A model generated the notes under the pieces. The model was not told the DNA's origin, ran no database searches, and saw nothing but the letters and a program-made list of their open reading frames with translations. The translations under genes were made by a program, and so were the position numbers. This document shows positions 1-10,880 of a DNA stretch of 33,837 nt, piece by piece. Location of the stretch: assembly GCF_006345805.1 (NCBI RefSeq), contig NW_021832077.1, positions 1-33,837 of the forward strand, read 5' to 3'. The stretch is from Octopus sinensis. Lineage: Eukaryota. Within the stretch, counting starts at the first letter, position 1. Each line of letters begins with the position of its first letter.

Positions 1-149
1 ATAGTGACTCATAGGGGCCAGTTTCCTAGTATAAAATAAAACAGTGAAAAGAATAAAGAAGGCGGTATTACATTTACCAACCAGTTACGACCGTTTCAAT
101 AACTAGTGAATTGTTACAACGTCTGTCTCTCTGATTGTAAATCGATTAA

Positions 150-260
150 TGAACCAATCCTTCAATAATCTATCTATCCATCCACCCATCCGTCCGTCCG
201 CCCGTCTGTCCATTCATCCGTCCGTCCGTCCGACTGTCCATCCATTCATCCGTCCGTCGG

Positions 261-307
<47 letters not shown>

Positions 308-308
308 G

Positions 309-374
<66 letters not shown>

Positions 375-387
375 CGTCCGTCTATCT
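150..387. repeat. Compound tetranucleotide microsatellite (TCCA/TCCG/TCTA)n
   Basis: Direct tandem tetramers. ORF 149..394 (IYLS repeats) is an artefact of it. Confidence 0.95.
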
Positions 388-1046
388 TGAGTGACTTCAA
401 CACAACCAAAGCATTCTATAGGGGATTAGTGGAGGGGAGGTACGACGACGAGCTCGGGGCGAACCTGGACGTCGACGAGGAATACCTGACCCGCCTGTTC
501 GGGTCGACTTTCGGGCCAGGGCCCAAGGACAACTTCCAGAGATTCCTGGCCTGGCAGTGCTACCGAGAAGCGCTACCCGTTCGGGATAAGCTCTACAGAC
601 ACGGCTCGAGAAACACGGGGCCGACCTGCCCGAGATGCGGTCAGAGCGACGAAACCGTTCTGCACGCACTCGTGCAGTGTCCAACAATTTCCGACCTGTG
701 GGCTTATGTCGAACAACTGCTGTCACGTGTGGGACGTGTCGGTTTATCAGCCGAGTCTATCGTTAATATCGTCACGCCTCCTTCCTTCAAACGGGAAGGA
801 AGAGCTATTTTTATCATACTTGTGGCTATGGCGAAAGAATGTATCTGGTGGACGCGCCTAAAAGGATTGGAGACAAACACTTTCCTCTCTGGTCAATCTC
901 TCATCAACTTCTTCAAGTACCACTTGAAAAGGAAAGTGAGAGTAGAGAGGCAAGTTTTGTCTAGCGAACGTTTTAAAAAAAGATAGGTGAATGTAGCAAG
1001 GATGGCACGTATGAATGACGAAGCCACCTTGAGCATAATCCTATGA
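388..1046 (+). pseudogene. Remnant of Tx1-like ORF2 C-terminus with a premature stop
   Basis: TAG at 984-986 sits where the conserved W of F..RW is expected (TGG>TAG). The frame continues VNVARMARMNDEATLSIIL to TGA at 1044-1046. Confidence 0.75.
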
Positions 1047-1457
1047 ACCCAGGAATTGAAAACAGAGGGTTACCCACTTGCAAACAAATGTGGTAACATA
1101 TAACAATATTGACCAAGGTTACCGTGGTCTTTTTCGTAGGCTTTTCTTCCCACGGATAAACCTTACTTGCTTTCCCCTTTACACCAAACATCATGACACT
1201 GTGATACACGATCCCTATTGATCGTTTTTTTACTCTTCCCCTTTTTTCCTCTTTCTTCTTTTTTCATTTTTCTTTTCTTTTTTCCGCTTTTTTTTTCTTT
1301 TCCTTTTTTTCTTTTCTTCTTTTTTTGTTCTTTTTTTCCTTTTACGATCCCTTTTGATCGAAAACCTACGCCACCTTTTTTTTCTCCCCCAAAAGAAAAG
1401 CTCTACCTTGTAACTTGTCCCATCTGCGTGCAGCCCTGTGTGGCCAATAAAGAAACT
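388..1457 (+). mobile_element. 5'-truncated Tx1/L1-clade non-LTR retrotransposon (ORF2 C-terminus with zf-RVT motif plus 3' UTR)
   Basis: The translation has FLAWQCYREALPVRDKL...CPRCGQSDETVLHALVQCP..LW, a CxxC-HxxxxC zinc-binding motif typical of L1/Tx1 ORF2. A T-rich 3' UTR follows, with AATAAA at 1446-1451 and (TATC)n directly after. Confidence 0.85.
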
Positions 1458-1655
<198 letters not shown>

Positions 1656-1680
1656 ATACATTATGTTATATATCTTACAG

Positions 1681-4600
1681 AATGTGAAACAGACGAAAAG
1701 ACCAAAAAATGGTGTTGCGATGATACAACGAGATAAGTGAAGAAGAGAAAACCGAGGAATGAAGTGAGCAGAGGAATCACCAAAGTAGAAAAGAATGCGT
1801 TCATTGAACGAAAATTAAGAAGAAAAAAAAGGAAGGTGACGCTGTGAAGAAGAGAAAAGCCGACGATCGAAAAGTGAAGGAGTGAATGAAATGACGAAGA
1901 AAAGACTGAACGTGACGCTAGTGAAGAAGAGAAAGCCGACGATCGGAAGAAATGAAGAAGTGAATGAAAATCAAGAAGAAGTGACTGAAGGTGACGGAAA
2001 ATAAGAAGAGAAAGCCGACGAACGAAGAAGTGAAGGAGTGAATGAAAATGAACGAAGAAAAGACTGAACGTGACGCTAGTGAAGAAGAGAAAGCCGACGA
2101 AAGAAAAAAAGTGAAAAAGAGAATGAAATGAAGAAGAAGAGATGGGAGGTGACGGAAAAGAAGATAGAAAGCCGACGAAAGAAAAAGTGAAAAAAAGGAA
2201 TGAAATTGAAGAAGAAGAGACTGAGGTGACGGAAAAGAAGAAGAAAAAGCTGACGATCGAAAAGTGAAAAAGTGAATGAAAATGATTAAGAAGAGACTGA
2301 AGTGTGACGGAAAAAGCAGAAGAGAAAGCCGGCTACGAGAAGAGTGAATGAGTGAATGAAAATAATGAATGAAGAGACTGAAGGTGACGGAAAGAAGAAT
2401 AGAAAGCCGGCGAACGAAGAAGTGAAGGAGTGAATGAAAATAGAAGAAGAGACGTGAAGGTGACGGAAAAGCAGAAGAGAAAAGCCGACGACCGAAGAGT
2501 GAAGGAGTTGAATGAACTGATGAAGAAGATGACTGAAGGTGACGGAAAAAAGAAGAGAAAGCCGACGAAGAAGAAGTTGAAAAAGATCATGAAAATGATG
2601 AAGAAGAGCCTGAAGATGACGGAAAAGAAGAATAGAAAGCTGACGAACGGAAAGTGAAGGATTGAATGAAAATGATTAAGAAGAGACTGAATGTGACGGA
2701 AAAGAAAGAGAAAGCCGACGAAAGAAGAAAGTGAAAAAGAGAATGAAAATGATGAAGAAGAATTGAAGGTGACGGAAAAGAAGAAGAGAAAGCCGGCGAA
2801 CGAAGAAGTGAAGGGGGAGTGAATGAAAATGAAGAAGAATAGACTGAAGGTGACGGAAAAGCAGAAGAAGAAGCGGGCGAACGAAGAAGTGAAGGAGTGA
2901 ATGAAAATGATGAAGAAGAGACTGAAGGTGACGGAAAAGCAGAAGAGAAAGCTGGCGAACGAAGAAGTGAAGGAGTGAATGAAAAATGAAGAAGAAGAGA
3001 CTGAAGGTGACGTAAAGAGAAGAGAAGCCGGCGACGACAAGTGAAGGAGATGAATGAAAATGAAGACGATAGACTTGCGTGAACGGAAAAGAAGAAGAGA
3101 AAGCCGGCGAACGAAGAAGTTGAATTAGTGAATGAAATGAGAAGATAGACTGAAGGTGACGGAAAAGAAGAAGAGAAAGCCGGCGACGAAGAAGTGAAGA
3201 TTGAATGAAAATGAAGAAGAGACTGAAATGTGAGGAAAAGAAGAAGAGAAGCCCGGCGAACGAAGAAGTGAAGGAGTGAAGAAATGAGAAGAAGAGACTG
3301 AATGGTGACGGAAAAGAAGAAGAGAAAGCCGTCTAACGAAGAAGTGAAGGAGTGAATGAAAATGATGAAGAAGAGACTGATTGACGGTTAAAGAAGAGAA
3401 AGCCGACGAAAGAGAAGTGGAAAATAGATGAAAATGATGAAGAAGAGCCTTAAGATGACGAAAAGAAGAAGAGAAGCTGACGAACGAAGAAGTGACTGTA
3501 GTGAATGAAAATGAAGAAGAAAAGACTGACGGTGACGCTAGTGAAGGAGAGAAAAGCCGACGAAAGAAAAATGAAAAAGGAATGAAAATGAAGAAGCAAA
3601 GACTGAACGTGACGCTAGTGAAGAAGAGAAGCCGACGAAGAACGTGAAAAAGAGATGAAATGAAGAAGAAGAGATTGGAGGGTGACGGAAAAGAAGACAG
3701 AGAAAGCGACGAAAGAAGAAGTGAAAAAGAGAATGAAAATGATGAAAAGAGCCTGAAGATGACGGAAAAGAAGAAGAAAGCTGACGAACGAAGAAGTGAA
3801 GGAGTGAATGAAATGATGAAGAAGAGACTGAAGGTGACGGAAAAGAAGAAGAGAAAGCCGACGAAAGAAGAAGTGAAAAAGAAATGAAAATGATGAAGAA
3901 GAGCCTGAAGATGAGACGAAAAGAAGAAGAGAAGCTGACGAACGAAGAAGTGAAGGAGTGAATGAAAATGAAGAAGAAGACTGAAGTGACGCTAGTGAAG
4001 AGAGAAAGCCGACGAAAGAAGAAGTGAAAAAGAGAATGAAAATGAAGAAGAAAGACTGAAGGTTACGGAAAAGAAGAAGAGAAAGCTGACGAACGAAGAA
4101 GTGAAAAAAGAGAATGAAAATGCACGAAGAAGACTGAAAGTGACGGAAAAGCAGAAGAGAAAGCGACGGAACGAAGAAGTGAAGGAGTGAATGAAAATGA
4201 AGAAGAAGAAGACTGAAGGTGACGGAAAAGAGAAGAGAAAGCCGACGAAAGAGAAGTGAAAAAGAGAATGAAAATGATGAAGAAGAGCCTGAAGATGACG
4301 GAAAAGAAGAAGAGAAAGCTGACGAACGAAGAAGTGAAGGAGTGAATGAAAATGATGAAGAAGAGACTGAAGGTGACGGAAAAGAAGAAGAGAAAGCCGA
4401 CGAAAGAAGAAGTGAAAAAGAGAATGAAAATGATGAAGAAGAGCCTGAAGATGACGGAAAAGAAGAAGAGAAAGCTGACGAACGAAGAAGTGAAGGAGTG
4501 AATGAAAATGAAGAAGAAAAAGACTGAAGGTGACGCTAGTGAAGGGAGAAAGCCGACGAAAGAAGAAGTGAAAAAGAGAATGAAAATGAAGAAGAAAGAC

Positions 4601-5642
4601 TGAAGGTGACGGAAAAGAAGAAGAGAAAGCTGACGAACGAAGAAGTGAAAAAAGAGAATGAAAATGATGAAGAAGAGACTGAAGGTGGCGAAAAGAAGAA
4701 GAGAAAGCTGACGAACGAAGAAGTGAAGGAGTGAATGAAAATGATGAAGAAGAGACTGAAGGTGACGGAAAAGAAGAAGAGAAAGCCGACGAAAGAAGAA
4801 GTGAAAAAGAGAATGAAAATGATGAAGAAGAGCCTGAAGATGACGGAAAAGAAGAAGAGAAAGCTGACGAACGAAGAAGTGAAGGAGTGAATGAAAATGA
4901 AGAAGAAAAGACTGAAGGTGACGCTAGTGAAGGAGAGAAAGCCGACGAAAGAAGAAGTGAAAAAGAGAATGAAAATGAAGAAGAAAAGACTGAAGGTGAC
5001 GGAAAAGAAGAAGAGAAAGCTGACGAACGAAGAAGTGAAAGAGAATGAAATGATGAAGAAGAGACTGAAGGTGACGGAAAAGAAAGAAGAGAAAGCCGAC
5101 GAAAGAAGAAGTGAAAAGAGAATGAAAATGATGAAGAAGAGCCTGAAGATGACGGAAAAGAAGAAGAGAAAGCTGACGAACGAAGAAGTGAAGGAGTGAA
5201 TGAAAATGAAGAGAAAAGACTGAAGGTGACGCTAGTGAAGGAGAGAAAGCCGACGAAAGAGAAGTGAAAAAGAGAATGAAAATGAGAAGAAAGACTGAAG
5301 TGACGGAAAGAAGAAGAGAAAGCTGACGAACGAAGAAGTGAAAAAGAGAATGAAATGATGAAGAAGAGACTGAAGGTGACGGAAAAGAAGAAAGAAAGCT
5401 GACGAACGAAGAAATGATGCAAAGGAACCAAAAAAAAAAAAAAAAAAAACATTCAGTTAACGAAAATGAAGAAGAAAAGACTGAAGGTGACGGAAAAGAA
5501 GATGTGAAAGCCGACGAACGAAGAACTAAAACAGTGAATGAAAATGAAGAAGAAATGTCTGAAGGTGACGCTAGTGAAGAAGCGACAGCTGAAGGACAAA
5601 TAGCGAAAAAAAATCACTACTGAGCCGAATTCTACGCCATAG
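1681..5642 (+). CDS. Candidate giant repetitive (terminal?) exon encoding an acidic Glu/Asp/Lys-rich 26-aa tandem-repeat protein; frame broken by 1-bp indels
   Basis: Possible acceptor tcttacag ends at 1680. Clean blocks translate as NENDEEETEGDGKEEEKADERRSEKE / NENDEEEPEDDGKEEEKADERRSEGV. Diverged end units (5453-5620) stay open only in the acidic frame. Stop at 5621-5623, or at 5640-5642 if the A-run is one base too long. AATAAA at 5745-5750. Confidence 0.5.
1800..5590. repeat. 78-bp purine-rich tandem repeat (roughly 45-50 units) with variant unit types
   Basis: The recurring unit gaaaatgatgaagaagagactgaaggtgacggaaaagaagaagagaaagccgacgaaagaagaagtgaaaaagagaat has three variants (act-gaa-ggt, cct-gaa-gat, gacgctagtgaag). 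Copy number is estimated from length/78. Confidence 0.95.
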
Positions 5643-6387
5643 ACACACAATTTTTTATTAGAAAATACTAAAAAATTACTTTTAACATTTGCATCTGAAA
5701 GAAATTGAGGTCTAAGCTGTCTTGTGGAATATAAAATTAGGAAAAATAAATTTTGCGTTTTATTTGATGATTCATAAATTTTGTCCCCTTCTGGCAGAAC
5801 CCTTAGCACCTCCGTCAAAATACCCTAGCGACATTTGTTACGGCGCTCTGTTCTGAGTGGAAACTCTTTCGATCTCGACTTTTGCTTTCATTCTTTGTCT
5901 GTTGATAGAAGTAGACGAAACTCTGAAAGAACGATTACTGTTTTTGTTGTTTAACCCTTGGTGAAAGCTACCGGAAGAGACCTTTCGTTAAACGCCTTCC
6001 CTTTGCTGGTCAGTGAAGTGGCCTGAACATTGCCATATTGCTGGTTGCTCTCGATGCAGAATCTTTAGGGTCGTAACATTTAAAAAGAAATAATAATAGC
6101 TGAAGTATAACATGCCCTTTGCCCTATCCCCTATTCTTACATTTCCCCGGGCGTAGTTAGCCAAGCTACACAACTGTTCGTGGCTTTAACCTTTGTTTTG
6201 GGGGTATGTAGGACAGAATTATCTAAAGCAGTAGTTCTCAACCGTGGTCCATATTGTCCCTGATTGTCCAAATAAGATTTTTATTGGTCCACGCAACAAA
6301 ATAGTAAATTGGCGATCCACAATTGTATTTGAAGGGCTTCTAAACAAATTTTGTTTTAGATGTATATATTGGTATTTATTGCAAGAA

Positions 6388-6623
6388 ACGTGGAGGCACA
6401 TGGCTTAGTAGTTAAGGTGTTGAACTCATGATCGTAAGGTTGTAGTTTCGATCCTGGATCGGGCGATGCTTTGTGTTTTTGAGCAAAACACTTCATTTCA
6501 CCACTCGGCTGGCAAAACTGAGTAATCCTGCGGTGAACTGGCGTCCCGCCCAGGTGGGAAATTTCTACGCCACTGAAACCGGGAAACCGACCCATATGAG
6601 CCTGGCATGACTCGAGAAGGAAC
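6388..6623 (+). mobile_element. tRNA-derived SINE, family C (copy C1)
   Basis: A-box-like tggcttagtagtt, B-box-like gtttcgatcc, CORE-like tgtttttgagcaaaacacttc, and a 3' tail ending ctcgagaaggaac. Confidence 0.85.
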
Positions 6624-6631
6624 ATTTATTG

Positions 6632-6934
6632 GTGGAGGCACATGGCCTAGTGGTTAGAGCAGCGGACTCGCGTTCGAGGGATCGCCGGTTCGAATCTCAG
6701 ACCGGGCGACGTGTGTGTTTATGAGCGAAACACCTAAGCTCCATGCGGCTCCGGCAGAAGGTAATGGCGAACTTCTGCTGACTCTTTTGCCACAACTTTC
6801 TCTCACTCTTTCCTCCAGCATCTTGCAGCTCACCGGCGACGGACCGGCGTCCCGTTCAGGTGGGGAATCTATACGCCAAGGAAACCGAGAAACCGGCCCT
6901 AATGAGCCAGGGGTGGCTCGAGAAAGAAACAAAC
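6632..6934 (+). mobile_element. tRNA(Arg)-like SINE, family C related (copy C2)
   Basis: A box tggcctagtggtt, B box ggttcgaatct, anticodon-loop-like gactcgcg. The 3' tail (gaaaccgg...atgagcc...ctcgagaaagaaac) is shared with C1. Confidence 0.85.
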
Positions 6935-7344
6935 ATTGCAAGAAGCAGCTAGGTTTCTTTCTCTAGCATTTTACATAGTTCAACCTACACAAGTTCCTGT
7001 GTGAATAGCAAAATAGGAATTTTGAAAGAAGGTTCTATAAAACTAGTTTTTAAACATTGAATGGCTATGAGGGGTTCACCAGAATAAAATAGTAATCAAA
7101 GGGGTTTATAGATAAAAGAAAATGGTTGAGAACCCCTGATCTAAAGAGTCTTTCTTTTAAATGTGTGAAGCATATCTGGCTGTTACTTCTCGCAATTTGA
7201 CATGCAGCCTATATTCTCTTTCATCTGTTTTATTTTCAGGTTCAAGTGTAATCTGGTTTAAAGGTAAATACCGCGACACGTTAATAGTCTTCTTCGTCCT
7301 TGAGAAGGTCCGAGGCATAGGCTTTCATAACTGTTTCTGGTTTA

Positions 7345-7550
7345 GGTAAAGGGCCAGTAATTTTTGAGGGGAGGGCATTAAACGATAAAATCAATCCCAG
7401 TACTTTGCTGATTCTTCAATTTATCGAACCCGTAAAGATGAAAGGCAAAGTTGACCTCGGAAGAATTTGAACTCACAACTTAAAGAGCCGGAAGAAACAC
7501 GCAAGGTATTTTCTCCGATGCTGTAGCGATTCTGCCAGCGCGTTGCTTTA
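7345..7550 (-). mobile_element. Degenerate SINE family A copy
   Basis: Matches the family A motifs gatgaaaggcaaagttgacctcgg, aatttgaactc and ttctgccagc. Confidence 0.7.
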
Positions 7551-7796
7551 GGCTATATTTAGATTCAATAATTCTGATTCAGGTACAAGATCAGCAACGC
7601 TGAGTGTGAGCACAGTACTTAGCTGGTACTTTATTCTATCGACTTCGAAAGAGGAAAGACGAATTTGATCCCGGTCGTATTTCAACTCAGTCAAGAGCCA
7701 GAGAAAGTTCTTTATGGCATTCTTTTCCCGACACTCTTGCCAGTCTGCCAACTCGCATCCATGTTTCTGTCCATGGATTTCTTTTATTTTTTAAAA

Positions 7797-8014
7797 TCTT
7801 TTACTTGCTTCAGTCATTTGACTGCGGCCATGCTGGGGTGCCACCTTAAAGGGTTCTTAGTCGAACAAATCGACCCTACGACTAACCTTTTTAAACCTGA
7901 TACTTATTCTATCGGTCTCTTTTCCTGAACCGTTACAATACGGTGACGTAAACACACCAACATCGTTTGTCAAGAGGTGGGGAAGGGACGAACAAAGACA
8001 CACAGAAATATCTA

Positions 8015-8065
<51 letters not shown>

Positions 8066-8218
8066 ATATACGATGAGCTTTCTTCAGTTTCCGCCTACCA
8101 AAATCCACTCACAAGACTTTAGTCAGCCCGAAGCTATAGTAGAAGACACTTGCCCAAGGTGCCACGCAGTGGGACTTAACCCGGAACCATGTGGTTGGGA
8201 GGTAAGCTTTTTACCACA
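7797..8218 (-). mobile_element. SINE family B (tRNA-like head + CORE-like motif + internal microsatellite + tail)
   Basis: The reverse complement has tggttccgggttaagtccc, ccttgggcaagtgtcttc, an internal (TAGA)n and the tail gactgaagcaagtaaaag. Same architecture as 22716-23127. Confidence 0.85.
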
Positions 8219-8222
8219 CACA

Positions 8223-8253
<31 letters not shown>

Positions 8254-8485
8254 GCACGCACACGCACGCACACACACACATACACACAGACATAACAGAG
8301 TTATTAGTGAGGGATTATCAATCTGGGCAAAATACTTTATAATCTCTCTGCTAGAACACCAGGCTAACAATATTGTTTAGATTAGTGAAGAATTTCGCAT
8401 AATCTTGTGGCAGGATACGTGGTTGTACTTCATCACCATTCTGTATTGTAAATCCATGGTTGTGTTCTAGTTATACTGGCTTTTA

Positions 8486-8942
8486 CAGAGTGATATACAA
8501 GTATACAAGACAAGGCATAAATAATAGCCATTACATATTTATCTTTATTGTAGTAAATTCGAATTCCAGCTGTTTCCAGTCGTCATTATAGGTTGGTTAT
8601 GGATAAGTTTACTCAATCAGTTGAGAAGAATTGATCGACCTAGAAAATTAATGCAACTTTCGTCAGATACATTTCAAGTTAGAATCAAGCAGAACACCAA
8701 ATACCTGTACCGTTCCTTCAGTGTTCTCTTTGGTTCTAACCCGAAATGACTGACGAAAGTAGCATTAATCTTTTTAGGTCGTTCAATTCTTCTCAACTAA
8801 TCAATGGGCTGATTGAGTAAACCTATCAATAACCAACCTATAATGATTACTGGAAACAGCTGGAAGTCAAATTTACTACAATAAAGAAAAATATGTAACG
8901 GCTATTATTTATGCCTTGTCTTATAATACATATATGACACAG
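8486..8942. mobile_element. Foldback/MITE-like element: ~450-bp near-perfect palindrome
   Basis: Left arm ~8500-8697 is the reverse complement of right arm 8721-~8930 (e.g. acaaggcataaataatagcc / ggctattatttatgccttgt). There is a 23-nt loop at 8698-8720 and one ~12-nt indel between arms. Outer ends are uncertain. Confidence 0.85.
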
Positions 8943-9135
8943 TAGAGAGGAAATTTATTACAGTAGACATTACCGTATTGAGAGCTGATGGGTTGGCTGT
9001 AATTTACATACGTTCGTCGTCATACTTTAAGTGGATCAGTCCCTTGTCAATGCCATCAGTAATTTAAGTCTAAGACTAACTATTGCAGCAAGCCCAGATA
9101 TATAAACCTAACGACAAAGTTTTATGCAACACTGG

Positions 9136-9346
9136 TTTCAGATTTTGGCACAAGGCCAGCAATTTCCTTTGAGTGAGCAAGGGGATTACATCGATCCCAC
9201 TGATCAGTTAGTACATATTCTCTTGGCCCTGAAAGGATGAAAGGTAAAGTCGGCCTCGGTGGAATTTAAACACAGAGCGTAAAGACGGACGAAATGCCGC
9301 AAAGCATCATGTCCGGTGTGCAAACGATTCTGCCAGCTGGCTACCC
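9136..9346 (-). mobile_element. SINE family A copy (older tail type)
   Basis: ttttggcacaaggccagc ... ggatgaaaggtaaagtcggcctcgg ... ttctgccagct. Confidence 0.8.
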
Positions 9347-9364
9347 TAAAGTCATATGTAATAC

Positions 9365-9955
9365 TGATTTCAAATTTTGGCACAAGGTCAGTTATTTCAG
9401 GGGCAGGTGCTCAGTGGGCTATATCGACTCTATTGCTCAACTGGTACTAATTTTGTTGACCCCGAAAGGATGAAAGGCGTAGTCGACCTCGGCGTAATTT
9501 GAACTCAGAACGTAAAGACAGACAGAATACCTATTTATTTACTACCCACAAGGGGCTAAACACAGAGGGGATAAACAAGGACAGACAAACGCATTAAGTC
9601 GATTGTATCGATCCCAGTGCGTAACTGGTACTTAATTTATTGACTCCGAAAGGATGAAAGGCAAAGTCGACCTCGGCGGGATTTGAACTCAGAACGTAGC
9701 GGCAGACGAAATACCTATTTCTATTTCTTTACTACCCACAAGGGGCTAAACACAGGGAGGACAAACAAGGACCGAAAAAAGGGATCAAGTCGATTATATC
9801 GACCCCAGTGCGTAACTGGTACTTATTTAATCGACCCCGAATGGATGAAAGGCAAAGTCGACCTCGGCGGAATTTGAACTCAGAACGTAGCGACAGACGA
9901 AATACCGCTAAGCATTTCCCATGGCATGCAAAGGATTCTGCCAGCTCGCCGCCTT
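9365..9955 (-). mobile_element. SINE family A multimer: one head, two ~185-bp body units, then an old-type body
   Basis: Junctions aatac|ctattt at 9530/9531 and 9714/9715. The head ends ctcgccgcctt at 9955. Confidence 0.85.
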
Positions 9956-9956
9956 C

Positions 9957-9990
<34 letters not shown>
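9957..9990. repeat. (AAT)n microsatellite
   Basis: Direct tandem trimers. Confidence 0.95.
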
Positions 9991-10393
9991 TTCATTTATT
10001 TGCCACAAGGGCAAAGGCTGAGCGGAACAATACAAAGATGGATATAAAGTGTTGGGGTTTACTTAAAATAAAATAAGAAAAAAGGAAAAAGAAAGAAAGT
10101 AAGTATACATGGTATACACTGAAAAAGAAAGGACATGCATAGCATCGAAACGTTAAAAATAGATAGGTAGGGGGGATGATAGAAATGTGCCCTCCCCCTG
10201 CTCGATGAAGGCCTCTAGGGATAATCGAGGAACCCCACTGTCCAAGATTTCCCTGTACACAAACAGTAAGGGCCCTCTCCAATTCCCTCTCTCTGACTCA
10301 CAGGTCTACACTTAAAGAGGTACCATCCACTCTTGCCATTTTCGCAACTTTCACCTTCTCTACCCTCAATTTCCTTTTCAAATGAAACTCCTT
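9991..10393 (-). mobile_element. Second Tx1/L1-like 3' end, related to 388-1457
   Basis: Minus strand 10393-10298 reads KEFHLKRKLRVEK-VKVAKMARVDGTSLSVDL*, versus YHLKRKVRVER(12 aa)VNVARMARMNDEATLSIIL* in copy 1. The 3' end cagcctttgcccttgtggcaaataaatgaaatt resembles cagccctgtgtggccaataaagaaact. It ends in (ATT)n. Confidence 0.8.
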
Positions 10394-10400
10394 TCAACTA

Positions 10401-10510
10401 AAGGCACAAGGCCTGAAATTTGCGGGAGGGGGCTAGTCGATTATGTACCATAACTGGTATTAATTTCATCCACCCCGAAAGGATGACAGGCATGGACGAC
10501 CTCGGCCGAT
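10401..10510 (-). mobile_element. SINE family A fragment
   Basis: aaggcacaaggcctgaaattt...ccccgaaaggatga...gacctcgg. Confidence 0.7.
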
Positions 10511-10513
10511 ATT

Positions 10514-10532
10514 AATAATAATAATAATAATA

Positions 10533-10570
<38 letters not shown>

Positions 10571-10615
10571 TAATAATAATAATAACAGCAGCAGCAACAA
10601 CGACAATAACAACAA
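10514..10615. repeat. (AAT)n/(CAG/CAA)n microsatellite
   Basis: Direct tandem trimers. Confidence 0.9.
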
Positions 10616-10770
10616 CAATGTTAAACTGCGTTAAGTAACACATGCTACCTTCCCCCTTTCCAAATACACTTGTGTCTTAAATAGATGGATTTGCTTTTGT
10701 CTGTTTGTCTCTTTGGTGTTGTTTACACACACACACGCACACACACACACACACACACATACAAACGTAC

Positions 10771-10814
<44 letters not shown>

Positions 10815-10880
10815 TATGATAAAAGGCAGATTTTCTCTGCCTGTTCCCATGTTCCTTTTTAATACAATTCTACAATATAG

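Larger units (their letters stand above)
6229..7138. mobile_element. hAT-superfamily (Charlie/Buster-like) non-autonomous element containing two nested SINEs
   Basis: Left TIR CAGTAGTTCTCAACC (6229-6243) and right TIR GGTTGAGAACCCCTG (7124-7138) match at 13/15. Perfect 8-bp TSD ATCTAAAG at 6221-6228 and 7139-7146. Confidence 0.9.

Noticed and set aside
149-394. ORFs of IYLS/SIYL repeats (also 1218..1736, 1438..1740)
   Set aside because: Translations of (TATC)n and of the T-rich LINE 3' UTR; no coding evidence.
397-726. 109-aa minus-strand ORF
   Set aside because: Antisense shadow of the GC-rich Tx1-like ORF2 remnant.
2333-5818. Long minus-strand Phe/Ser-rich ORFs (e.g. 3992..5452, 486 aa)
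   Set aside because: Antisense shadow of the purine-rich array; pyrimidine-rich sequence lacks stops by composition.
6388-6934. Possible tRNA genes at SINE heads (also 15461, 33152)
   Set aside because: A and B boxes are present, but I could not pair an acceptor stem and the sequence runs into SINE bodies; these are tRNA-derived SINEs.
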